Below, one piece after another: positions 1 to 11,029 of a DNA stretch of 64,000 nucleotides. Source of the DNA: Vicugna vicugna (Eukaryota); assembly GCA_013265495.1 (NCBI GenBank), contig MU058718.1, positions 1,488,001 to 1,552,000 of the forward strand, written 5' to 3'. The number at the start of each line of letters is the position of its first letter. Position 1 is the stretch's first letter. The notes beneath the pieces were generated by a model. That model searched no databases. It saw nothing but the letters and a program-made list of their open reading frames with translations, and was not told the origin of the DNA. The translations under genes and the position numbers were made by a program.

Positions 1-190
1 TTTGACATATTGGTGGTTTCTCTTTTTTTTAACTCTTACCAAAAAAAAAAAAATACTACAGTGAACATCTTTGTTAATGTATATTTGTGGGTCGGTTGAG
101 TGACATTTCTTTGAAATTCATTGGAGTGGATTGACCGGAACAAAGGGTATGAACATTTTTATGGTTCTTGTTACATACTGCTGATTTTTC
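1..190 (-). mobile_element. Old LINE-1 fragment (L1M-type 3' region)
   Basis: Decayed antisense L1 motifs 'gtgaacatctttgt...ggagtggattgac...aagggtatgaacattttt...catactgc'. Confidence 0.5.
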
Positions 191-3084
191 TTTCTAGTTC
201 CAAAATTCTAGGATTCTTAGAGAATCTTACATTCTCAAATGGCTGCAGCAAAGACTAGAAGCAGCCAGCTACTGGTGCCACCACAGTCCTTGAAAATGGC
301 AAGACAGACATTCCCACATTCTTTTCTTTCATGGATGATTATAGCAAAATGGAAACCTTGTGCTGGAAATTGGCTTAGAGCATCCAGTGGATGAAATATC
401 ATGTTACACAAGTGACTAGAGACTAGTTGGATAAACAAGATAAACTCAGAGTTACATTCTTTCCCAGAATCTAAGAGTAGCACTTTAAAGCATGGATTCA
501 CAATTCTGTTTCTAGCCTATTTTTAAAATATCAAAGAGAAGGACCAGATGACACAAAGAATTAATATCCTAGACTTTCAAATCTGGAGACATAGGTTCAA
601 ATTCTCCCTGGTCGAAAGTAAATATGAGTATTCTGGCTTCTTGGAGAATCCCTCGTGGATATTTCATTCACCCCCAAATATGACAGTTTGACAGGATGAT
701 CCCAGCATCTTCCTTTTCATCGTGACCTGAGGGCCAAGAGCTCAGATGAGGTGAGGCAGGTGCCATATATAACAGAGCTGAGGGAAGAGTCAGCCTTGCC
801 TCCGACTCCCCTCTGCCCATTTCTCTTGGGATTCCTATCTACTTTTCAACATTTCCCCTTCAAGAGGCATGGAGTTACACAGCTGTTGTTTAAGAGAGTC
901 AGGAAATACAGAAGGAGGAGCTCTGGCTCGTTGACTGACTTAGTGATGGAGAAATCAAAAGCCATCAAAGTACAGCTGCAGAATCCATCGGCCCAGCCAG
1001 GGTCCTGTTGCAGTCCAGCCAAGTGGATCTAATAGAGGTACTCCCCCAACCAGTGTCCCTCAGTAACACACACCTCTAGCCCCTGTGTAAGTCTGTTTCT
1101 GAGACCACATCACAGAAACTCTGCAATGTCATTAACGTTCTTTGGCCCAATTGCCGTCTCATCTGTGAAGTCTTCCTGCCATGTCAGGGTTCCATACCCC
1201 TTTTCTGTCCTCTCATGATGTCCCTTTCCCCATCACAGCACTGCTCTCACTGGTTATCCCCTGTACTTGTTTGTTTCCCCCACGGGAACAGAGAATGTGC
1301 CTACCCAGTTTGCCTATGTATCCCCCTAGTACCTGGCAGAGAACAGGCTCATCTCTAGATGCATCCTTTGACTCATGTCTTTTTGAGCATCCCTCTAGAT
1401 CACCCTGGAAATCACCTGAGACTTCTTTGTGAGAAGAAGAGTGGTGTGGAAGAGACTCCCCTGATGGGAGCGATGGGGGCATTGTCTCTGGCTCCCTGCC
1501 AGCTGGGCACCTCAGCTCGAGGGAACGGGATTTTTCCCAGAAATACCATGCAGTCCTCATGTGAGAAGAGAGTGGTGTAATGAAAGAAAGTGACAAGTGA
1601 TCCTTCCCAAAGAGACAAGGGAATGGAAGGAGAAGCAAATGGAGCAACCTGTATTTAAGCAACATCATTGTGTGACCCAGAATAGTACCATTTCAGGACC
1701 TTTTCATCAAAAAAACCGACTATGTGTATACACCCTTACTTTATATATGCTTTTCTTTCCAGTGAAGTTGGGTTTTCAACTTAAAGTGTTTTTAAACAGG
1801 CTTTTAACCAGACAGAAGGAGCGCATTTTTCACGTGTTTCTCGCCTGACAGTTTCCCCGGGGATCCCTGAGTGAAGAGAGCCTGGCTGATCCTAGACTTT
1901 CTAAATAGGTGGGCTGTGCACTTACCTCTGACACAGATGCCCTGCTTTATTTGAGTTCAGCTGTAACCAACTATGAGCATATGTTTAGAAAAATATGTCT
2001 TTTTAAGGCATGCTTAAGACGGTTGAAGCATTCCTTCTTCCCTCAGGAAACCTAGGAGTGAATTCCTCGCCATTGAGGAAAAGTCCAGGAGAGAAAAGGG
2101 CAACCAGTGAGGGGAGGAAACCCAGGGAGCTGGTGGGGTCAGATCTGGAAAGACCAGCCCCCAGCCTCGAACCTGCAGTCACCAGAAATCAGAGAGAACC
2201 TGTTTCTTTCTTTCATTTTTTTTTCCTGAAAAATACTATGCAGAGCTTCTCCTCTGAGCGTCCCTGCACCCCAGGATTTGGGATAATTGCATCCCACCTC
2301 TCCTGTGTTTGGGTGCTAAAACCTTGCAGAGTTGGGTTTTTAAAGAAAGCAGGCTTAAAACTGTCAGCAAGAGAAGAGAAGAGAGAAGGCCAGATTGCTC
2401 TCACGCTTGAGCCTGTGGGCCAATTGGTTTGTAATTGGATTGGTATGCACTGAAGATAGAGCTGTCTGGGGGAAATGCTCCGTGACCCTTCTCTTCGGGG
2501 GACGTTCCTCCTGACACTGCTCCTCAGTCCAGCTCCAGCCCCCAGTGGGGGAAAGGCAGAGAGACCCTGTGCACTCACAAGATAGAAGGACAGCAGGGAA
2601 TGCCCCCAAATAAACCCAGAAATCAGAGCACACATTGCAAGGGCTGTGTCCAAAGTCAGAGCCTGCGGGCCAAGGAGGAAGCATGGATAAGAGAAGGGGA
2701 GAGGAGAGGCCTCCAACAGGAGACTCACAGCAGCCCCTTCCTGGGATCCGAGGGAAGTCTTTTTAAGAAGATGAAATTGCTACCACTTCTCTGCCACCTT
2801 AGTTGAACCCAGAGGGCCCAGCTGTCAGACAGTCATACAAATTCCATCTTAAAGGCCTGCATCAGCTGCGGAAGCTGAAGAATATAGGGTTGGTTGGGAA
2901 GAAACAGATCTGGGTTCTAATCTTGGTTTTGCTACTTCCTACTTAAGAGATTTTTAGGCAAGATATTTAACCCAACTCAGTTAGCTCAGTTTTTGAACCT
3001 ATCAAATAAAAATAATAATTTCTACCAGAAGGCAGATTTAAAAGGAACTTGAAAGTTGAGGAGCCATATTGGGTACCATTCATT

Positions 3085-4205
3085 TCAGTTAGCATTGTGC
3101 CCACCCCCTTCCTGTAAGTTCCCCTTTCTCTCAGGTGCTAGACACTTGGGAATTATGTATCCCAGATTTCCTTCCCAGCAGGTTTCTGGATAGGACATGT
3201 TTAACAATAAATTCATTTGTGGGATGTTTGTAAGGTGGGAGAGAGCAAGTGGTCCCTCTTCCTCTGTCAGCAGTGGCAGGGTGTGGGGGAGACTGAGCGT
3301 GAGCTCCAGTAGGTGTGACCAGTAAGGCAGTTGGCTGGTCCCCTTCACTGCCAGGCCCCAGCTTCAGGGCTGTGGGTCAGGTGGCATTTCCTGCAGATTC
3401 CTGATCTCAGGCGGCAGCCTGTGCTGGTATCACCTGAAAGCTGGGAGTAGACCACCTGACTTTCTTGACCCCAGGCTTTTCCACAATCTAGTAAGCACCG
3501 CATTCATCTTCTGTTACGGAGCAGCAGATTACCCCAAATTTAGCAGCTTAAAACAACACCCCTTTATCACCTCACAGTTCTGGCCGCCCCAAGTCCAGGC
3601 TATATTGGGTTCTATGCTCAGGGTCTCACAAGGCTGAACCCAAGATGTTAGCCAGGTTGGGATCTTATCTGGAGGCTCTGGAAAGAATCTACTCCCAAGC
3701 TCATTCAGTATGTTGGTAGAATTCATATCTGTGGTTTTAGGACTGAAGTCCCCAGAGCCCTGCTGGCTGTCAGCCAGAGGTCTCTCCAGCTCCTTCAAGC
3801 CACCCACATTCCTCCTCATGTGGCTTCCTCCAACTGCAAACTAGCAACGGCATGTCAACTTTCTCTTACAATGTTGCAGCCAGTGACAGGATCCTTCATG
3901 TTGAATGCCCTTACACTTTGACTCTCTTTTCTGCTCTTGGCTGAGAACACCCCCTACTTTTAAGGGCTCTTGTGATTAGATCATGCCACTCAGGTAATCT
4001 CTCTTAAGATAAGCTGTGCCATATAACATAGCAGAATCCCAGGAATGATATCAGAGCATATTCAGAGCTTCTGGAATTAGCCGGGGAACAACCTTGGGGG
4101 ATCATTTTAGAAATTCTGCCTGCTAGATCACCTAACTCCCTCTATTAAATCATATTCTGCTCGAAAACTTAGAGGAGTTTCTGTTTTCCTGTTCTGAACC
4201 ATAAG
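3085..4205 (+). mobile_element. LTR33-like (ERVL) solo LTR, interrupted by an MLT1 LTR at 3500-4127
   Basis: The left part ends 'gtaagcacc' and resumes at 4128 as 'tcacctaactccctctattaaatc...gagtttctgttttcctg', which resembles the LTR33 3' end. Confidence 0.55.
3500..4127. mobile_element. MaLR solo LTR, MLT1D/E-like
   Basis: Contains 'ttaccccaaatttagcagcttaaaacaacac', 'gaatctactcccaagctcattcag' and 'taggactgaagtcccc', and ends 'ttagaaattctgcct'. Flanks gcacc/tcacc match 4 of 5, consistent with a 5-bp TSD. Confidence 0.8.
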
Positions 4206-4479
4206 TCACCTGAGATCACTGTCTGCAAACTCTGACGTGGAGAAAACAACTCTTCAAGTTATAATGGTCTTACCCTTAGAGCATTCTGAACCCTAACCCA
4301 ACACGTCAGTTCAACAATGAGTTAGCAACAGTCATGTACCAGGTTATGCTGTATTTCAGGGAATCAAAAAAGAATAGGAAACCTTACCCATGTGGTCTAC
4401 TGGGCAAAATAGACACATGAATTGAGGATTTCAATGTATCATCAAAGATGGTAAGAGAGATTAAAGTTCAGAAGTGAGT

Positions 4480-4936
4480 ATCACTTATTTACTCAAGAAA
4501 TATTGATTTGACATCTACTCAAGGTCAGGCATTGGCTTAAGTTCAAGTGATTTAAAGACCACTGAGGCAGGTTACTGCCCTAGAGAATCTCATGGCTATA
4601 GTGGAGGAGTCAGATATGCAATGGTAATGAAATGCTGCATTATAACGTTTAAAACTTTTGCAGTTACCCTACACTATGCTAAATACTTTGCACACATTAT
4701 CCTGTTTAAACTTCATCTTAAACCTGAGCACTACATAGTTATTTTCTAAATTTTACAGAGGAGGAAACTGAGACTGAAAACAGTTGTCACCTCTCTAGGA
4801 AAAGGGATATCTGAGTTTGCAACCAGATAGACTCAGTTCTATCCCAATATTGTCTCCTCAACTTTCAAGTTCCTTTTAAATCAGCCTTCTGGTAGAAATT
4901 ATTATTTTTATTTGATAGATTCGAAAACTGAGCTTC
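4480..4936. mobile_element. L2 3' fragment followed by MIR fragments
   Basis: L2-like 'tttattactcaagaaatattgatttgacatctac'; MIR core 'attttacagaggaggaaactgagactga' and 'gaaaactgagcttcag'. Confidence 0.6.
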
Positions 4937-5036
4937 AGTTCTCCAAGAAAGAGGACAGGTTCTGGCTGTGGATAATGTCTAATGTCTAATGGCTTCACTT
5001 CCCACATCCAGAACCTGTCCTCTTTCTTGGAGAACT
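4937..5036. repeat. Inverted repeat: 35-bp arms (34/35 complementary) with a 30-nt loop
   Basis: 4937-4971 agttctccaagaaagaggacaggttctggctgtgg is the reverse complement of 5002-5036 ccacatccagaacctgtcctctttcttggagaact, with one mismatch. Confidence 0.97.
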
Positions 5037-5377
5037 ATCCTTTGAATCTTCTTTGCACACACAAATGGAGAGACCAAAGTGCCTGGGAGTGCACAGTCCT
5101 GCAGGGCAGTCCTTAACCAGTACTGATGGATGTGAGAGTCTGAAAAACTCTTAGTTTCTTGGCCTTCATTCAGGACAACTCTGAGGCTTGATTTATAGAG
5201 TTAATAAGTTTGCCTGCAGATCGGGTGAAAACCACCCTCTGTGGGACTCTGTGATCGCACACTCACTGGGCTTCCTCCCCTCCCTGCCCTCTGCCCCCCA
5301 CCCACTACTTTTCTAGTTTCCCTTGGGAATTTCCTTACAAATATTTGCACATAGATCTGAGAATCTGCCCTAAGACA
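4990..5377 (+). mobile_element. LTR16-like (ERVL) solo LTR, 5' end disrupted
   Basis: Contains 'gggcagtccttaaccagtactgatgg', 'ggacaactctgaggc' and 'ggcttcctcccctccctg', and ends 'ctaagaca', as in the LTR16 family. Confidence 0.7.
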
Positions 5378-5824
5378 CCCCTGCTTTGATATTTACACTA
5401 CACCGCTATGGGAACCCAGAGAAGAGAGTGATTAACTCAGTTTGGGGAAGTTGGCAAAGACTTTACAAAGAAAGTTATATTTCTGATCATGAAAGATAAG
5501 CAGGGGTCTGTCGAGGTGGGCAAGTGGGAAGAACAGTATTCCAGGCAGAGGGAATTGCACAAAAACAGAGAGACAGGAAAATAAGGGCCAGTCAAAGGAT
5601 GGATTAGAAAATTGTATATAGATGGAGTGGAGGGCCTGCTAGGAGCTAGAGAAGCACTAAGGAATACTAGGGGAGGATGGACCATGATCAGACTTAGGCT
5701 TTAATGTAAAAAATATTTGTCGAGTGCTTACAGTGAAGGTAGGAAACCATCCCAGGGATTAGGGATATTGCAATGAAGACCAGCCTGGTCTACGCTCCTC
5801 ACTGATGTACAATACAATCCTTTT

Positions 5825-6018
5825 TGGCCCAGCACAGTAACCACTGAATACATGTGCCTATTTATATTTAAATTAACTAAGATTGAAATTTAGTTTCACA
5901 GTCACATTAGCCACCTTTCAAGTGCTCAGTAGCCACATGTGGCTGGTGGCTATCACATTGGACAGCACAGGTACAGCACACCTGCATCGCTTCAGAAAGC
6001 TCTACTGGATGGTGCTGG
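5825..6018. mobile_element. MER3-like hAT-Charlie non-autonomous DNA transposon
   Basis: 'tagccacctttcaagtgctcagtagccacatgtggctggtggcta...ttggacagcac...cagaaagctctactgga'. Confidence 0.8.
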
Positions 6019-7429
6019 TCTAATCACATGAGAGAGCTATGAGCTTTCCTTCTGGTTAGTTTGTATGTGGCTATCACCTGTTTAGTCTTTTCTAAAACTC
6101 ACTTCTTGTTCCTTTTTTTGCACAGAAGAATCTGAGCATTCTTTTGATTGCACAGCCGGGCCTCTGCATAACCACCTGCATTTGGCAATCAAATCGTAGT
6201 GGTGGTTGTCAAAAGACCGGGATTGCAGAAAGCCCTTTGAAAATGCACGTGGTCCTTTTATGTGCTGGATGAGGGAGATGTGCTCACACCTGCCTAGGGA
6301 ACCCAAGTGGTGGGACCTACCTGCCTTAATCTGTTTACCTTGTTTATTCTGAATGTTTGTAGCTTCAAGCACATCCTCTAAAAGCAAAATAATACTCATG
6401 AAAGAGGCACACATTGAATTCCTCACCTGGAGTTCCATCATTTCCAGGGCTACAAAAATGAAAGTAAAACAGCCACTGGCAATAGTAATCTCTGAAATCT
6501 GTTATGGTAATTAAAGTGGTTTTTTTAATTACATGATAAACTAATAGGAACTGGAATTTGCTTTGAAGAGCCATTTTCCTTCTTCATCTTAACATTTTCT
6601 TATGAAAACCAATGAACAACAAAGTTCTTACTGATACACTAGAATAAACCTATCATAAACATAAAAACTGAGCTATGCAATCAAATATTTTCATCAGTGT
6701 CACTATAGAGAAATTTAAACCTAACAATTGTGAAGTATGCAGTCCTAAATTAATGACTATGACATTCAAAAACTAAATTCACCCAAAAGAAGCAATTTAA
6801 TTCTCAGTTCAGAAAAGATTATATGTTTCCCTACTTCTGGCATGATACAGCTTTCAGGCTCCAAACAAACACCGCTGACCTTGTGAAAGTTTCCCTCTTT
6901 ATTATAGTAATAAGAGGAGTTAGTTATACATAGGAGAAAATGCTATGTTTGAAAACAATAAGATACCAACTTTTCTTGACGGTGAAGCCTTCATGAGGAG
7001 CTTAACTCATTCAGCTTTGTAAGACTTTTAGTCATCCTGATTTATACTGAGCTGGTGAACACTGGTGGACCAGCTCCTGAAGGCCTGGAGCAGCTGCAGG
7101 AACTGGAGGCTGAGGAGCCAAGACTGTACTGTTTAGGGGAGAGAGGATGACAGCCTTCTCAATTGGATTGCTTTTGCGGATAGTTGGCTCTGCTTTGTTT
7201 CGGTGTTTTGTGTTTGTTTTTGTGTAGTACTTGGTTAATTCAGTCGCCCTGGCATCTGCAGGCAAAAGGATACAGGATATTCCCAGTCTCCTCTTTGTCT
7301 AACTCCCCAAGTCTTGGGGGGCGATAATGACCGAGCTCTTGGAGTTCTCCAGTTGATTATGGAGAGGTGCATTGTACTCACGGTAGATTCTTGCAGCCCT
7401 GCCACCGGATGAAAGGCAGGGCATGAAAG

Positions 7430-7740
7430 CACCAGCAGAGCAGGATCTGCTTTTCCTGCTCTCACATGCCATCCAATAGGGACGGGCTCTCGCCTGATGG
7501 CGGCATTCTCTTGTTCATGTGTGCCGGGTTCAGCTGAGAGTGTCGGATCAGCAGGTGGCCTCGCTAATGGAACAGATTCACTCATTGTTTGTGTGTTTAA
7601 TGAATCATTGAGTTACCCATCAGCAGTGAGCAATGGAAGCTGTTCAAACAGAGAGGCAGCCCAGCCGGGAGGTGGTGCCGCCACCCCGCCCCTTTGAAGC
7701 CCGGCTGGCCCCACCAGGAGAGCGGGAGGCTCAGGGGTTA
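7430..7740. promoter_or_regulatory. CpG-retaining, GC-rich non-repeat patch; candidate promoter, enhancer or insulator
   Basis: Locally frequent CpG. Contains CCAAT (7473), a GC-box 'ccccgccc' abutting a TCF/LEF-type 'cctttgaag' (~7684-7698), and a CTCF-like 'tcagcaggtggcct' (7548-7561). Motif-level evidence only. Confidence 0.35.
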
Positions 7741-8662
7741 CTCCCTCTGGTTCCCAGAGAAACTGGTAGCGAGAAGAGGGTGTTGTTTCTAATTGGATGA
7801 TGAAAGTCAGCTCAGGGGACAGAGACCAAAGGGCTAAATGTAGAAGGGGAGGAAAGGAAAACATCTGAATCAAAGGTTGAGGTAAAACCAAGAGACAGGT
7901 GCTGGCAGTGAACCGTGGGATAACCCCCCCCCCCATCCTCAGGAAGCATCCAAGTGGGGAAGGTCCAAAAAAGTGAGAAAAAGCAAGGCTGAGGATTCGG
8001 AGGCTGATTTTCTTACAAAAGGTTCATGGTACAGTGGACATTCTCTGTCATATCAGGAGGCAAGGCTGACCCTTCTTTGTGGGATTCCCACGTGTTGCAC
8101 CTGGCCTTTCCTGCGAGTAGGATTTGACCAGATGCTGCACCAGGATTGTAGTTAATGGGCTGTGCTTTCCTTCCTTTCCCCAGAAATAGGATTTTGTCTT
8201 CATCACCATTAAAAGTCTGAATTTTAAGCAGATTCTTGGACTGGTGGCTTATATCCATCAGCTCATTCAACTTCATCACCTGTCTTATCCCAAGGAGCTT
8301 TTCCAGAACTGTTGCCTTCACAGTGATGCTCCATGAGTTTTCCCAGTTCAAACTGGGGTGTGTGTACTGTTCTAGTGAACACATCATGACGAGGTGTTTC
8401 TGATTGGCAAGCCTTTTCTAGATCCTTCCCAGTGCTGTCTGAGGATCAGTTAACAGACCCCTTCTTTCAAGTCATTTGTCTGTACTTTTTGGGTCATGAT
8501 TTCCATTATCTTTCTCTGGATTTGGCAGAGCTGTAGGTAGGTGCTGAGTGTAGGAGTTCTTCCAGATCTGATTGTTGCTTTTTCTTGTTTTAAGAAAACC
8601 AACACAACAGACAAAGCAAATAACCATCTTGACAGCAATATGAGCTTCTATCATGGTCTGCC

Positions 8663-8683
8663 TTATTTATTTATTTATTTATT
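8663..8683. repeat. (TTTA)n microsatellite inside the RPS3A retrocopy
   Basis: ttatttatttatttatttatt sits where the Lys-Lys-Trp codons of the parent gene would be. Confidence 0.9.
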
Positions 8684-8915
8684 GACCACAGAGCACATCT
8701 ATTCATGGGTAAGATCCATGCCATGGAAGTTGGCCAGGAAGTTTTTGCCCTAATATCTTCAGTAGTTATCTTGAATTTTCTAAACGCATCTCCCATCATT
8801 CTGCAGATCAATAAGGCTCACTTTAAAGACATGACACTTGAGGCCATCAGATGCAATTTTGGTTCCTTAAGCCCTTGAGAATATTGTTTCTTGTACTTCT
8901 TACACTGAACATACC

Positions 8916-9529
8916 TGATGCTGAACCCTTGTGTGATGATAAGTCAAATACATTTTACCTGCCTTCACTAATCTTGGTCCTTTTAAGACTTTCACATCTT
9001 CCAAGCAGCACGTAGCCTAAACAATAAGATGTTCAGGAGAGTTGTTTTCCAGGCACTTGGAGTCAGCTGTGTCTAGTTCAAGCTGAGCTGATTAAGATGG
9101 ACTAAGGCCACCGACCCTCTGACTGGGCGTGCATGAGTGTCCTCTCTGTGACCTTTGACATCAGGGGGCCGGAAATCCCACCCTCAGATGATGCTGAGCG
9201 CCTCCACGTTGGAACGTGCAGAGGCCTGTAGTTAGTTACACCTGTGCATATTACAATTACTGCACCTTTTTCGGTCACCTTGCCCCATGCTCCTCATGCC
9301 CCCCATGCTCCATGCTCCCCACACCTCAGATCACCCCGCTTCCTTATTCGTCATCCCATAAATACCCCTAGCCCTTCCTCTTTGCGGAGGCAGACTTGAG
9401 ATTTGTTCTCCTGTCTCTTCCTCATTTGTCTGGCTGCCTTGCAGATAAACCCTCTCTTTACTTTAGACCTTGGTGTCTCAGCATTTTGGCTTGCTATGTG
9501 TCTGGCAAAGTGAACTAGGTTCAGTAACA
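8916..9529 (+). mobile_element. ERV1-class solo LTR
   Basis: TG...CA termini with a 12-bp imperfect inverted repeat (tgatgctgaacc / ggttcagtaaca), TATA-like 'cccataaatacc', polyA-like 'gataaa', and a U5 end 'ttggcttgctatgtgtctggcaaagtgaactaggttcagtaaca'. It cleanly interrupts the RPS3A retrocopy. Confidence 0.85.
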
Positions 9530-9749
9530 CAGCTTTCTTACCAATCTGTCTTAGAAAATGGATCAATGACTTTCTTTTTGGCTCCCCTTTTGCTACTTTT
9601 GCGGGCTGTGTGTGTGTGTGTTTTTAAGGTACGGGACCTATGAGAGAGATGGCAGAGTATGGTTTGGGGAGGAGAGCACTGTGCTTTGGGTTAAGAAATG
9701 TGTTTCAACTCTGCCCCTGTCCCAGGAGCACCATGGGTCACACACTCCC

Positions 9750-9960
9750 TATGGTAGAGACTGACTCACTGTTCACCAAATCTATATCCTTTCCTCCTGA
9801 AACATAGCACAACCCAGTTTCCAGCCTTCCTTACAGTCAGATGTGTCCATGTGATAAGTTCCGGCCAACAGAATGTGGACCAACGTCAGGCAATTCGCAG
9901 TCAGACCTGGATCTTAGTCCTTCTAGATGGTCCTCTCTGTGCTCTTTTCCCTCACCTTCA
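9750..9960. mobile_element. Old MLT1 (MaLR) LTR fragment, MLT1I/J-like
   Basis: 'tttccagccttccttacagtcagatgtgtccatgtgataagttccggccaacagaatgtgg'. Confidence 0.6.
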
Positions 9961-11029
9961 GCTATTGATGCATAGAGTTGGCCCAAGATCACAGATCTCT
10001 TGAAAATTCCCTTAGCCCTCAGGGTGGCTGAGGAGGGCCACTGACGTGCACAGCTGGGCACCTCAGCTATAAGCAACCTCCTCCATTGACCTTGGTTCAT
10101 AGTACAGACATTAACTCCTTCCACCTGTGCCGTAAAAACCTCAAAGTGAGAAAGTTTTCCAGTGGACTCTGGAGTTCTTTCCAGCCCTGTGATCTCAGAT
10201 TTGAAGCCATCACCTCATCTATACTTTCATCCCTGGACAGAGACGGGATGCTCTTCCTGTCCCTCCAAGATCTCCTGGAGGAAGGAGTGGGACTTTTCTC
10301 CATTACCCTCTCATTCAAGGACAGAGAGAAAAGGGGAGATGATAGAAGAGAGAGAAAACAAAAATCTGTCAGAGCCTACCTACCAGTTAGCTAAAGGAAA
10401 GAAAGCATGATATCGGGGAGACTTGGGCCAGAGAATGAGAGTGTCCTTTCGCATCTGGCTGGTGGCAGATCTTTGGGTGATAAATCCTGAATAAATGAGG
10501 GGCCAAAGCAGTGACAACATCTTCTATTCCCTTAACACATCTCTTGCCGTGGGTTTGTACTTAATCAAGCCAGCCTCAAATCCTTTTAGAACTGAAGCTA
10601 CCAGCTGGTCCCAAATGAATCTCCATTTCTGTGTCCTCGTCAGTAAGGCCTTTTCTTCAACACAGAGGAAGATGTGAAAGCTGTTACTCCCTTAGGCAAT
10701 GTCACTGCTATTTGAAAAACCAAGATGTATGTACACACATATGTCCTTTGTTTATATAACTTACAGTACAATTTTCTGATTCTGAATATGTGTAAAGTAG
10801 AATGTTAACTCCTCCTAGATGTAGAAGCTACACCACATTTCCCTGTGGTAGGAATGAGTGCCAACCCTAGAATGACAGGGTAGCATTTGGTCTGTAACAT
10901 GAAAGTCAAAGTCACACTCACCATTGGGACGATGCATAAGTGGTCTACAAAGACGCTTATAAGCCCCTCTTTTTTACAAGGTGGGTGAAGGATAATTCCA
11001 CGTTTTTAATGTCTTTTTAAATTTTTGAA

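Larger units (their letters stand above)
8165..9602 (-). pseudogene. RPS3A: Processed pseudogene of 40S ribosomal protein S3a (eS1), slightly 5'-truncated, frameshifted and split by an LTR at 8916-9529
   Basis: Minus-strand segments translate to GAKKKVIDPFSKTDW, GTKIASDGLK, DLQND..AFRKFKITTED, NFHGMDLT, MIEAH, MEIMTQKVQTNDLKE and ADGYKPPVQESA* (stop 8224-8226). These match RPS3A in order, with no introns. A decayed A-rich tail and a repeated 'gggctgtg' (8157-8164 and 9603-9610) mark the ends. Confidence 0.95.

Noticed and set aside
1181..2806. Cluster of 100-170 aa ORFs on both strands
   Set aside because: The ORFs overlap on opposite strands with no recognisable domain or exon structure, which is expected by chance in moderately GC-rich DNA.
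8013..8387. 124-aa minus-strand ORF
   Set aside because: It is an out-of-frame reading of the RPS3A pseudogene 3' end running into flanking DNA.
10097..10318. Protein-like 73-aa minus-strand ORF after a pyrimidine tract
   Set aside because: No recognisable homology, and the first downstream AG is in a poor GAG context.
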